Both the position numbers and the translations under genes were made by a program. The notes under the pieces are model-generated. The model was not told where the DNA came from, did no database searches, and saw nothing but the letters and a program-made list of their open reading frames with translations. Positions 20,401 through 29,383 of a stretch of DNA of 64,000 nt are shown one piece after another; positions within the stretch are counted from its first letter, which is position 1, and each line of letters begins with the position of its first letter. The stretch is from contig JAHQWJ010000080.1 of NCBI GenBank assembly GCA_029856125.1, positions 1-64,000 of the forward strand, read 5' to 3'. The DNA comes from Promethearchaeia archaeon (GTDB lineage Archaea; Asgardarchaeota; Lokiarchaeia; Sigyniarchaeales; SOKP01).

Positions 20401-20824
20401 TTACTTCTTCTTCTACTTCGATCTCTTCCTTATCGACAATTTCTCCAGATTCGTCTTCCTTATCTTTGGTTGAGTCTATTTCAGTGTTAGATGTTTCTGA
20501 AGGTGCTATTCCTACTTCTTGCATTAGAGCAAATTTAGCTTCATTTGACAGGGGTTGATCAATTTCATCCTTCTGCGCTTCTTGAAGAATCGATAAATTT
20601 TCTAAAGTTAATTCTTGATCGAGAGAAAATTGAGTTCGCGAATCGCCTTCTTGTAACTCCTTCCACTGAAACTCTTCAATAGCATCTAACGCATTATCTA
20701 GGAATTCAGAGGCGTATTGCTGATGTTTCCAAAAACCAAACTCAAAACCCACTAACTGAGTCCGCTTTCTCATAAATTGTGCTATCGTTCCTTGCTTTAT
20801 TCTGCCTTCTTCTTCAAAGGTAAT
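17432..20824 (-). CDS. top6B: DNA topoisomerase VI subunit B, enlarged (about 1130 aa) with insertions and C-terminal HeH-like and winged-helix domains
   Basis: EFLDNALDA, DNGIG, TRGSQGFG, HGT, KPHP, RFVNRTP, FKSQSK. The conserved N-terminal helix (GTIAQFMRK) begins upstream of ATG 20773; proposed ATT start at 20824, 8 nt after GGTG. Confidence 0.93.
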   Translation of the reverse strand: MTFEEEGRIKQGTIAQFMRKRTQLVGFEFGFWKHQQYASEFLDNALDAIEEFQWKELQEGDSRTQFSLDQELTLENLSILQEAQKDEIDQPLSNEAKFALMQEVGIAPSETSNTEIDSTKDKEDESGEIVDKEEIEVEEEVKRIIEDMDEIIQPVETIVNIEPLVIIRMRESEAASFLTSELSQKNVMSYTFEIFDNGIGMHKGDMRKFGKYLASSKSLELKQTRGSQGFGAPSAFSDAQNTTGKPIVAVSKSKGSFYATVSEFFTTSKNEKKYLVRPTEVDSKFLHGTYIKLNYLNVKYTRGFVDTYIKETALMNPHITLIFIDPYGKEWIYRRLVSSFPRQPQYAKPHPSSTNIGDLQDLLTKSENLTISAFLQDNFVRMSSKLAKEILKIAERNLEDKTSLMILKNGFINKVVKRSDLIYFFKYEKRVYGRSTKPRDKLIIYNIDSEELKNKYWESIDKHNKFDKDLERLYREIKKLHNRIDKSETKKDIKKIEKEISNLLNNVDRLFQERLKIKNELEKIFKDNTGLIEAKKLKNRVELEDLINGVQISKVRPSELTNNQFNSLFHAFKSVKYMSPPTDTAIPVGDIVLENTLIKEIGLKISENIDDFDDPIENVTTSFDILQEELKRDQDKKKIHTESEIKDFTLTPEDVKNFNSRILVSIDIKDQYLEPEEFQKTIEKKLNSTTEVQKDSYREVFDFFTEIYKKDDDFISAETRPPTSGKGLAYVVEAALAYCNDSKKLDTPKRSRDVLSRFVNRTPKLRDSADCAITKAVQSVNWKNYKLDVFDNNLPKGPIKLLVNVSGPYVHLMFKSQSKNALAEDEDLLKEIKFCLEAIGRRLRIYLNRKANIRKSEKRAGLIEKYIPIFVQSAYNIVSQGEGKFKGKISEKELENLMRAAIGVKVPPKIKEKKPPEPEKIEVIELEPKKVEIHWEDTGVQKKDIPEKIETKDEFLSERTLLNWTINQLKEYCVERNISLPSKARKLEIIKFIQEFYDKGKPEKRIPVDKVAKLPLKIEPVPPGTLAKKRKQLQIAKGEIIHQQPIRTEPTITAKQLKPVLTQTQLPIITTEKIIDALSEDWQPITALIFKMKIKDMMDARFLQIKLKELERKGLVMIETKMGKKHWKLK

Positions 20825-21047
20825 TTCAATTACACCAATCTGTTTTTTATCATTTAAACTCGATTATCAAATAATTTCATAAAAGATTTTTTAAGTATTA
20901 TAATTAATATTGCACGAAAAATCTAATACTTACGCAAATCAATCAATTTTACAGAATGTATTTGGTCAATCATTTTGAACAGAAATTGAATTACTATTTA
21001 AATCTTTTCTTTAATCGACAAAAAATTTTAAATAGTAGTAGAGATTT

Positions 21048-22325
21048 TTAATTTTCTTTTGATTGGTAATTATCTAAAGCCACATCAATGATTTTTGATG
21101 CTACATATCTTTTAGTATGCTTTTCGATATGAGTTATGTGTTTTTCTTTATTAATTATGTATACTTCATTATCTTTGCTATTGAAACCTATGTCTTCGCG
21201 ACCTACGTCGTTAGCAACTATAAGATCTGCTTCGGACTTTAAAAGTCGATTATAAGCACGATCAATTAATTCTGTTCTTGAAACATTCATTTCGGCTTTA
21301 AAAGCAATTACGAAAAGTTTGTAGTCTTTTCGTCGTGCTACTTTCAATATTTTAGGTGTTAGATGCATGGTAACATTCAGTTTTTCTACACTGTCTGAAG
21401 AAATTTTACCTTCTATGAAATCTACTGGTTTATAATCCGATACCGCTGCAGCAGATATAAATATATCGTAATTTGAGTATGAAAGTTCATCTTTTATCGT
21501 TTTAGTGAAATCATCAGCAGATTCCACATGAATAGTATTTATGTAATCAGGTATTTTTACCATGCATTCACCTGCAACTAGTAATACATCTGCACCTCTA
21601 GCAGAAGCCTCCTTAGCAAGTTCGATACCCATCCTTCCCGATGATTTATTGGATAAATATCGGATTGAATCAATAGCTTCGCGACTAGGACCAGCAGTGA
21701 TTAAAACTTTTTTACCTTCAAGATCTCTTGTAGTAATCAAAAGGTCTATTACTTTATCAATTATATCATCAACCTTTGCAATTTTAGCCTTTCCTTCAGA
21801 TAATCGTGGACCTAATACATTTATACCACATTCTTTCAATCTAGCGATATTTCTCTCTATAATAGGATGAAACATACTTGCATGCATAGCTGGAACTATT
21901 ACAATTGGTATAGAGGATCCAAATGCGGTTGAAACCACAGTAGTAACGGGTGTATCATCAATGCCATTTGCAATTTTAGAAATCGTATTTGCTGTGGCCG
22001 GAGAAACTAATATGATATCTGCTTTTCCGAAATGATTTGGTCTATCACCTGCTAAAAATACATGTTCAACTGCTCCAGTTAACTTAGTTATGACGGGATT
22101 TCCTGTTGCCCAATGCATTAAAGAAGGGTTTATCAATTCAGTAGCAGCTTTTGACATTGTAACAATTACTTCAGCACCTAAACGCATTAACTCTCTGGCA
22201 ATCATAGGAGAATTAATACATGCTACTGAGCCAGTTAAACACATACATATAGTTTTTCCCCTTAATATTGTTCCCTTGCTTTCGATAATATCTTTTGAGG
22301 GGTGTTTCATTAATTCGTTTACCAT
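21048..22325 (-). CDS. coaBC: Bifunctional phosphopantothenoylcysteine decarboxylase/ligase
   Basis: TGSVA, PATANTISKIANG, PAMH, TAGPSREAIDSIRYLSNKSSGRMG, AAVSDY, FKAE, ANDV. Confidence 0.97.
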   Translation of the reverse strand: MVNELMKHPSKDIIESKGTILRGKTICMCLTGSVACINSPMIARELMRLGAEVIVTMSKAATELINPSLMHWATGNPVITKLTGAVEHVFLAGDRPNHFGKADIILVSPATANTISKIANGIDDTPVTTVVSTAFGSSIPIVIVPAMHASMFHPIIERNIARLKECGINVLGPRLSEGKAKIAKVDDIIDKVIDLLITTRDLEGKKVLITAGPSREAIDSIRYLSNKSSGRMGIELAKEASARGADVLLVAGECMVKIPDYINTIHVESADDFTKTIKDELSYSNYDIFISAAAVSDYKPVDFIEGKISSDSVEKLNVTMHLTPKILKVARRKDYKLFVIAFKAEMNVSRTELIDRAYNRLLKSEADLIVANDVGREDIGFNSKDNEVYIINKEKHITHIEKHTKRYVASKIIDVALDNYQSKEN

Positions 22326-22503
22326 GGTTCTGCGATTAATATTAAATTATACTATTATTAAAAAATATGTTTAATTTAAAAATATTGCATTTCATTAACT
22401 CTCTTTGTAAAATGAGGGAACCTTTTATGATTAAGATATTGATAATATTAAATTATTAGTTTGTTCCGGGTCACGATGGCGTTTATGGTGAATTACAATT
22501 AAA

Positions 22504-24888
22504 TTAATTTTTCTCTTCAAACACATTTAGCTTTAAATTTAATTTATAAGCGAAATTTAAAATTTTGTTGAAGATTTCTTGGTTAATAGCGGTTTTCTTA
22601 TCTATTTTTAATATTTCCAATAATTGGCTCCCATAATAGGTTTTTATTAGCTCAGAAATCTGATAAGATAATTTATCATCCTGATTATCACGATAAACTT
22701 TTGCTTGTTCAAATTCTTCTTTTCTTATTTTTAGAATTTCATTCGAGTATTTAACAAAGGGGGTGTGTCGAATTTTTTTAAGATTAAATACCACGGTTGC
22801 TCCGATTTCCCTTAACTTAAGGATATCTTTCATAATCGAGTGTATTTTTTTCATTACTTTTTTTCTATATTCATGTAAGTCACTCTCTTCGTTGAGTAAC
22901 TCATGAAATATCTCAGGATAAGGTAAATCTAATCCTGAAAGTTCAGTTGTTAAATTTAATAAGATAATGAATTGACTCGCATTTTCTCTTGGGTGTTTTT
23001 TTAAAATATCGTAGATGTATCCTTTTTCTTTATTAATAAAGCGAAACAGGAATTTTCTAAAAGCTTTCGCGAATTTCCCGTAATTCGGTATAAAAGACCG
23101 ATTGGTATTATTTAAAACTTTATCATAAGCTTCGAAGGGGCTGATTTTTTTCTCGAGAACAGATGAAACTAAAGACAAAGGGTAATACCCTTCGATAAAA
23201 CTCATCCCTTTTTCTATGCTGCTTATAGCATCTTTGAAAGAACATTTTGTTATAATGTTTATTGTTCTAATTATATTTGTTCTAACAATATTTCCCTCAA
23301 TTTTTATAGGATTTTTCTGACAGAAACACAAATCAAATGGTTTTATATCGTGAAAAAGAGCTGTATTTTGATCAGGTATAACGATTCGCGCACCGTACGC
23401 ATTGACTAAACTACCTTGGCTAGGTTTACTCGCTAAATCCCATTCAATTATTGTTAGATCGTCTATACTTGAGTAACCTTGATCAACATCATAGTTATAT
23501 TCCGTAGGTTTACTTAACAATGAAAAAACATCAACAGTATTAATTTCGTATTTATTTTCTTCGCCCCAAAACTTTGTTTTATAGTAGAGAATATCATGAT
23601 AATTATGTAAATCATCTAAAAATAGGTCCTCAAATATTAAGTAATTTAAACCTATTTCTGAAGGTTTAATTATGGATTTCTTTACACCGTAGAACCCTAA
23701 GTGGTTTATCACATAATTATAAGCCGGGTTATTAAGGTTTTCCTTATCGTGATTAACTTCATAAGCATTACGTTTTTTCCGAAAATCTATTTTTGTTTTT
23801 TTAATGTTATATTTCTCCTTAAAATACCTTAAAAAAGCAAATTTCTTTAAATAGACCTTCTTTTCTAATTCTCTTGTTTCAGTTTTATAAATTTTATATT
23901 CTTCATAATACTGTTTTTTCGGAATTTCGAATACATCGAATTGTCTTTTCATCAACTTTAAAATGTCTAGTACAATAAAGTTATCAATTTCATCTAAAAA
24001 GTACTTCAACATTTTGTATTTAAAAGCATCGTAATCTTCTGATGTGATAATATCTTTAAATACCGGATTAAGGTCAGCTAGAATTTTATATTTTTTCTTA
24101 ACAAAATAGAAGGAAAAATATTTCTCGTTAAATTGGTTGGAGTTTGCCATCTTAACTAAGATAGAAATTAAAGAAACGACAAATGATTCTTTTTTAAATT
24201 CATAGTAATCTAAAATTTTGTCAATAAATTCAATAATTCGAAGTAGATCATAAAAAGTATAAATCGAAACTGATTTTAAAAACGATCTAAAGCCGTCTTC
24301 GATAATATTATCATAAGCGTTAAGATATAAGCCTAAATCGCTACTATAGGCGGATTGGAGAAATTCAAATAGTTCTAAGTAAAGATTGTTTTCTATAGCG
24401 GTCTTTAGATATTTTTCAATTATTGGCTCACAATCCTTGTTTTTAAAAATAGCCTTATTGAGATAATTCAAACCTTCAATACAATTATTACTTTCAATGG
24501 AAGTATTGGCTAGTTCTAAGTAATTTTTACTTTTTTTCTTAGAGCTATAGTCTTCAGATGTAAAGTTGAAATTATTAATTTTATTTAAGATTTTTTTTGA
24601 AATTGACGGTTCTACCATCAGTAGAAGAGTAATCAAGTGAGGACACGCCTTTTTATCGATATCCAACCCCGAAAAAAAGACATCACAATCATGAAAGATT
24701 TCATTTCTCCTCTCATCAATAATAAGATGATACTCGCGTTCTTCATCAAAAATGATTGCTCTTATCTCTATCGGATTTTCTTTTAACGAGATAATATTAA
24801 TTTTATTTATCGGGAACTTTACTGATTCATTATATCTTTCGACTCCGAATCTTTCAGATATTATTTCAGATATGGAATTTTTAGTCAT
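22504..24888 (-). CDS. Hypothetical protein with N-terminal SWIM-like Zn finger, last gene of the MoxR-VWA operon
   Basis: YHLIID...HDCDVF...KKACPHLITLL; 4-nt gap to the VWA gene. Confidence 0.7.
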   Translation of the reverse strand: MTKNSISEIISERFGVERYNESVKFPINKINIISLKENPIEIRAIIFDEEREYHLIIDERRNEIFHDCDVFFSGLDIDKKACPHLITLLLMVEPSISKKILNKINNFNFTSEDYSSKKKSKNYLELANTSIESNNCIEGLNYLNKAIFKNKDCEPIIEKYLKTAIENNLYLELFEFLQSAYSSDLGLYLNAYDNIIEDGFRSFLKSVSIYTFYDLLRIIEFIDKILDYYEFKKESFVVSLISILVKMANSNQFNEKYFSFYFVKKKYKILADLNPVFKDIITSEDYDAFKYKMLKYFLDEIDNFIVLDILKLMKRQFDVFEIPKKQYYEEYKIYKTETRELEKKVYLKKFAFLRYFKEKYNIKKTKIDFRKKRNAYEVNHDKENLNNPAYNYVINHLGFYGVKKSIIKPSEIGLNYLIFEDLFLDDLHNYHDILYYKTKFWGEENKYEINTVDVFSLLSKPTEYNYDVDQGYSSIDDLTIIEWDLASKPSQGSLVNAYGARIVIPDQNTALFHDIKPFDLCFCQKNPIKIEGNIVRTNIIRTINIITKCSFKDAISSIEKGMSFIEGYYPLSLVSSVLEKKISPFEAYDKVLNNTNRSFIPNYGKFAKAFRKFLFRFINKEKGYIYDILKKHPRENASQFIILLNLTTELSGLDLPYPEIFHELLNEESDLHEYRKKVMKKIHSIMKDILKLREIGATVVFNLKKIRHTPFVKYSNEILKIRKEEFEQAKVYRDNQDDKLSYQISELIKTYYGSQLLEILKIDKKTAINQEIFNKILNFAYKLNLKLNVFEEKN

Positions 24889-24892
24889 GGTT

Positions 24893-27394
24893 TTAAAATC
24901 TCGATTTGATAATCTCTGAGATAAGTTTGGGAAATTCGTTCCAATCTTTAATTGTCAAAAGTTGTCCTCCTGCTATTTTTACCATTCTTTGTGCTTCTTT
25001 TAAATTATAGGACGATTCTGGAGAAATTAACACGAAATCTACATTTAAAGAACGAAATTTTCTTAATTCTTCATTAGCTTGTTGAATATCATAAATTTCT
25101 GCATCAGTAAATAGAACATTTAATTTTTCGCGAGAACTAGAATGTTCTTTAAATTGTTTGTTTGCCCATTCTAAAGCACTTTGAAGCCGGGTACCCCCCT
25201 TAGCAGAAACCGTAAGCAGATCATCCGCTAATTTTTCCAAATCTACTTTTTCCGATAATTTCTTTAATACATGCGTATCTGATTCGAAAAAAGCAATACC
25301 AATTTCGTCTTTTCTCATGCCATATACTAACATCGTCACACAAATAGCCATATAAGCAAGCTTGTCTCCGGTCATAGAACCACTGATATCGAGTTCAAAA
25401 CAAAACGAACGCAATCCCTTCGCCGTTTCGTAAACATAAAAATCGTCGTAGTTGATGTGATCCAATTTCTTGCCTTTTTCTAAAAGGTTAAAGATTGTTT
25501 CTTCTAAATCTATATTCTCAAAATCATCCCCGATTGAATATGGTCTAACCAAATTAATAGGTATTGTCCCCGTTGTTGCGCTACCTAATCGTGCTCTGGA
25601 ATAGTAGACACCTAAATCAATTAACATTTTTTTTGCTAATTCTTTTACTTTAACTTTCACTTTTTCAGGTAAACTACTCCGATGAATAAACCATTGTTTA
25701 AGGAGGTTTTCGCCACTTCCAGCAGATAAACAAGATATTACTTTATCCTGCCCTTCTTTACCAGCAATTTTTTGCGCTCCTTTTAATGCCTCACTCATAT
25801 TGTAATGACCAATAGCAGCTAAGGCATCACGGTTATCGTTGGCTAATGCACTGCTTAGTAATTCTTTGATCCTTTCTTTATTTAGTTGATCTTGCAGTTG
25901 GTTAATCATATTGCTAATCCTTTGGAAATCGGCAATTTTTTCTTCAACCATTTTTTTTAATAGTTGATAATTAGGCTCAACAAGTTCAGATATATCCGCT
26001 TCTGACATGCCTAATTCTTCTCCAATTCTTTTAATATCATCAGTATTAGGGCTTAAACCAATTTTCCTTAAGAATTCAGTAGCATTTTTTAATTGATCTG
26101 GCGTATCACAAGCTTCTAATGTTTGAGACATTAAATCGGGCAATTTTTGGGATATTTTCTGACTACACTGAATATTTGGGCAGCTATTCATTAATTGCTG
26201 TATCTGATGGGAAAGAGATTTTAGAGCTTCGAACTCGATATTTTGATTGTTTGCCTCCTTTATGGCATTTTCAAGTGCTTGATTAAATAAATTATTCCAC
26301 GCTTTATTTGCTAAGGCATTTTTTGTCAAAGATTCTAATGAAAGATTCATTTGAGAATTTAAAGATTGCTGATCGAGCTTATTAAGTAACTCTTCTCTTA
26401 AATTTGTTCCAAAAAACTGATCTAGTGAGTCAGCTAGATTGAAATTATGCTCAAAGGAAGACTGGTTTAAGGAGTTATTTAGGATTTTTTCTTGATCAAA
26501 TTTAGGTGTTTCACCTAATGTTTTTGCTGCATTGAACAGTTGATCTAAATTATTAATCTGGTTTTGTAGTTGATTTTTAACTTGTTTTATCTGTTCTAGT
26601 ATATCTTGATTGTCTGATGTTTCCCCAATAAATTTTATTGATTTTAAAAGATCATCAAGCTTATTCGCATTAATTAACTTCGTTAAATCTTCTAGGATGT
26701 TTTGATCAGTGAGAGCCTTACTTGCAAGTTTTTCCCATTCTCGTAGGGATTCTTGCTGAATCAAGTCGTTTAAACCTAAATTAGAACCAGCTTTTAAATC
26801 CTCCGGACTCAATGAGTTAATTTTTTGTTCCAACCTTTTTTGTGCTTCCTGTATTAACTCTTCTAAAGAAGAAATCTCTTCTTTATACAATTCTGAGTCA
26901 TCATTGAAAAAATTTAAAGCAGATTTATAAGGCTCTTCTTCTCGTTTAGCGTTTAATTCGTCTAAAAATTCCTCTAGTTTTTGAATTTTATTCGTATCAA
27001 GCAATTTTGTAGCTTCGATTTCATCAATCATTTCTTGAAGCTTATCAAGTTCTGTTAATATGTCAGAATCTTCTAATTCTTCCCCAAATTCACCCTCTAA
27101 GTTATCATCTTCTTGAAAGAATGAATCCATCATATCCTTTTTATAATTAGGAAAGAGAATCTGAAAAGCTAAATCTTTTGCTAATTCTTGATTGTCTGGA
27201 AAAGAAGTCACTGTGCTTATTTCTATGTAATCGTTTGCAGTTACCACGCCTTTACGATAATATCTTGATAAGAGTAATTTAGGGATAGATAGAACTTGTC
27301 GAGAACTTGGTATCTGAACGATATCGCGATGTCTTCTCATCTTACGAATGAAATCTACAGCAAATTCACAAGGATTTTCTGGAAAAACGCCCAT
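24893..27394 (-). CDS. VWA (MIDAS) domain protein, MoxR partner (CoxE/ViaA-like)
   Basis: IDLEETI, LDISGSM, GGT, LFTDA; long helical middle region. Confidence 0.9.
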   Translation of the reverse strand: MGVFPENPCEFAVDFIRKMRRHRDIVQIPSSRQVLSIPKLLLSRYYRKGVVTANDYIEISTVTSFPDNQELAKDLAFQILFPNYKKDMMDSFFQEDDNLEGEFGEELEDSDILTELDKLQEMIDEIEATKLLDTNKIQKLEEFLDELNAKREEEPYKSALNFFNDDSELYKEEISSLEELIQEAQKRLEQKINSLSPEDLKAGSNLGLNDLIQQESLREWEKLASKALTDQNILEDLTKLINANKLDDLLKSIKFIGETSDNQDILEQIKQVKNQLQNQINNLDQLFNAAKTLGETPKFDQEKILNNSLNQSSFEHNFNLADSLDQFFGTNLREELLNKLDQQSLNSQMNLSLESLTKNALANKAWNNLFNQALENAIKEANNQNIEFEALKSLSHQIQQLMNSCPNIQCSQKISQKLPDLMSQTLEACDTPDQLKNATEFLRKIGLSPNTDDIKRIGEELGMSEADISELVEPNYQLLKKMVEEKIADFQRISNMINQLQDQLNKERIKELLSSALANDNRDALAAIGHYNMSEALKGAQKIAGKEGQDKVISCLSAGSGENLLKQWFIHRSSLPEKVKVKVKELAKKMLIDLGVYYSRARLGSATTGTIPINLVRPYSIGDDFENIDLEETIFNLLEKGKKLDHINYDDFYVYETAKGLRSFCFELDISGSMTGDKLAYMAICVTMLVYGMRKDEIGIAFFESDTHVLKKLSEKVDLEKLADDLLTVSAKGGTRLQSALEWANKQFKEHSSSREKLNVLFTDAEIYDIQQANEELRKFRSLNVDFVLISPESSYNLKEAQRMVKIAGGQLLTIKDWNEFPKLISEIIKSRF

Positions 27395-27412
27395 AAAATT
27401 ATTAGATACCTC

Positions 27413-28354
27413 CTACGAACCTAAAGTTTTGTGTATTATATTTTCAATTATATTTTCAACTTTTGTGCCCGGTTTTGGTTTGATTGAACCTAATAAAACA
27501 TGCTGCGTAACTTCTGAAAGATATTCATATACTGACACCTTTTCTTTTAGCTCTCCTTTTTTTTCTAAAGATCGTCTACGGCCTAAAAGTTTAGCGATGG
27601 CAATACCTGCTCTAATGGAGGCTGGTACCTCGATATCTATTTTATTTTTTCTTGTTTCGTTTATTATAGAATAAATTAGTTCTAATTCTGATTCTTCTAT
27701 TTCAAAATGTTCTGGTAAATTTATTCTGATAATATCGAGCTCAGTCGCCTTATCTGGATATGTTAATTTGATCCACACCTTAATTCTATCCTTCAATGCC
27801 TCAGATAATCGATGAGTTCCAGATAATTCTTCAGGGTTCATCGCAGAAATAAAAAAGAAATCTTTATCGGCTTTTATTCTTCCAAGGTGAGGAATGCTAA
27901 TAGATGCTTCCTCTAAGGGTTCTAATAGCGTATTTTGTGAATATTCTGTAGCTCTATTAATCTCATTTGCTAAAAACGTCCCACCCTCCAACATAGCTCT
28001 CAAAAGAGGTCCAGGATTGAACGCTTCTAACACAAACCCTTTTTTTAAAGTAATCGCTGGGTCGAAACTTCCAATGAAATGGCTTGGTTTTATTGATTCA
28101 TCAAGCGTTAACCAATTAAAATTCTTGTTTTTATCTTCTTTTGCTCTTAGCTTTGCAAAATATCGACACAGAATTGTTTTTCCAACTCCAGGAGGACCTA
28201 CCAGAGCAGGAAATAATCCCGTTGCCTCCGCATCTCTAAGTAATTCTAAAGCCTTTCCATACTGCCCTGTTAAGACAATATCAATTTGTTCTTCAGAAAT
28301 GTCCTTGATGAGTCGTTTATTGAATAATTCCTCAAATCTTTGTTTATCAATCAT
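27413..28354 (-). CDS. MoxR family AAA+ ATPase
   Basis: GPPGVGKT, GPLLRAM, LANEINRA, QNTLLEPLEE, MNP, LSEALKDR, ASIR. Confidence 0.93.
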   Translation of the reverse strand: MIDKQRFEELFNKRLIKDISEEQIDIVLTGQYGKALELLRDAEATGLFPALVGPPGVGKTILCRYFAKLRAKEDKNKNFNWLTLDESIKPSHFIGSFDPAITLKKGFVLEAFNPGPLLRAMLEGGTFLANEINRATEYSQNTLLEPLEEASISIPHLGRIKADKDFFFISAMNPEELSGTHRLSEALKDRIKVWIKLTYPDKATELDIIRINLPEHFEIEESELELIYSIINETRKNKIDIEVPASIRAGIAIAKLLGRRRSLEKKGELKEKVSVYEYLSEVTQHVLLGSIKPKPGTKVENIIENIIHKTLGS

Positions 28355-28449
28355 CGTAAAAATCTACTAGTTTAATTGATGTGTATAGTAATTATTAATT
28401 TTTAATCTATATTTTTATATAGTATAAATTTTGATACTTTGTTAGAAAT

Positions 28450-29274
28450 TTGACGCAAAAAACTCGTTCATATCCTTTTGTAAAGTGGGCTGGTGGTAAA
28501 CGGCAATTACTACCACAAATGGAGAAGTATTTTCCTAAACACTATAATAGATACATCGAGCCCTTTATTGGTGGTGGAGCTGTTTTTTTCCATTTGATTC
28601 CTGAAAATTCAATTATATCAGATAATAATCCCGATTTAATAAATTGCTATAAGGTTATAAAAGATGATGTAGAGCGCTTAATAAAATCTCTAAAGAAACA
28701 TATATACGAAAAGATTTACTATTATGAAATTCGAGCTCTCGACCGGGATGTTAAAAAATTTGCTGAACTATCAGATATTGAGAAAGCTTCACGATCCATT
28801 TATTTAAATAAAACCGGATACAACGGATTATATCGCGTTAACAGTAAAGGTCTCTTTAATGTTCCTTTCGGAAGACATAAAAATCCAAAAATATGTGACG
28901 AGACAAATTTAAGAAATGTTAGTCAAACTTTAAAGAAGGTTGAAATATTTCTGGGTTCTTTCGAAATCTGCTTAGATTTTGTTGAAAAAGATGATTTTAT
29001 ATACTTTGACCCCCCTTATTTTCCACTTTCTGACACTGCTTTATTTACAAGTTATACTAAAAATAGTTTTGATAAGTCTTCGCAATTAAAATTATTTGAA
29101 GTGTTTATGGAACTTAATGAAAGAGGGTGTAATCTAATGCTGAGTAATTCCTATTCCGAATTTATATTAGATTTGTATAAAGATTTTAAAATTATTACAT
29201 TGAAAGCTAAACGAAATATAAATAGTAATTCGCAGAAAAGGGGATTAATTAACGAAGTTTTAATTCTGAATTAA
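28450..29274 (+). CDS. Dam/DpnM-family DNA adenine methyltransferase (orphan)
   Basis: KWAGGKRQL, EPFIGGGAV, LNKTGYNGLYRVNSKG, DPPY, LSNS. Confidence 0.95.
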   Translation: MTQKTRSYPFVKWAGGKRQLLPQMEKYFPKHYNRYIEPFIGGGAVFFHLIPENSIISDNNPDLINCYKVIKDDVERLIKSLKKHIYEKIYYYEIRALDRDVKKFAELSDIEKASRSIYLNKTGYNGLYRVNSKGLFNVPFGRHKNPKICDETNLRNVSQTLKKVEIFLGSFEICLDFVEKDDFIYFDPPYFPLSDTALFTSYTKNSFDKSSQLKLFEVFMELNERGCNLMLSNSYSEFILDLYKDFKIITLKAKRNINSNSQKRGLINEVLILN

Positions 29275-29383
29275 GATATGTAATATTCGATTATAACAAC
29301 TTTTATTTAGATTTATGATTATATTAAGATTTAATACAAAGTGTTTATTCGACACTAGTAATTACGAATTTTGTTGATTTTTT

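Noticed and set aside
17432-20824. Inteins as the explanation for Top6B size
   Set aside because: The inserts lack C/S-start and HN-C/S/T-end motifs and LAGLIDADG blocks; they are acidic or coiled-coil.
22455-22500. GC-richer patch with a weak hairpin between coaBC and the SWIM gene (possible sRNA or SECIS)
   Set aside because: No C/D boxes, no convincing SECIS core and no in-frame TGA selenoprotein nearby.
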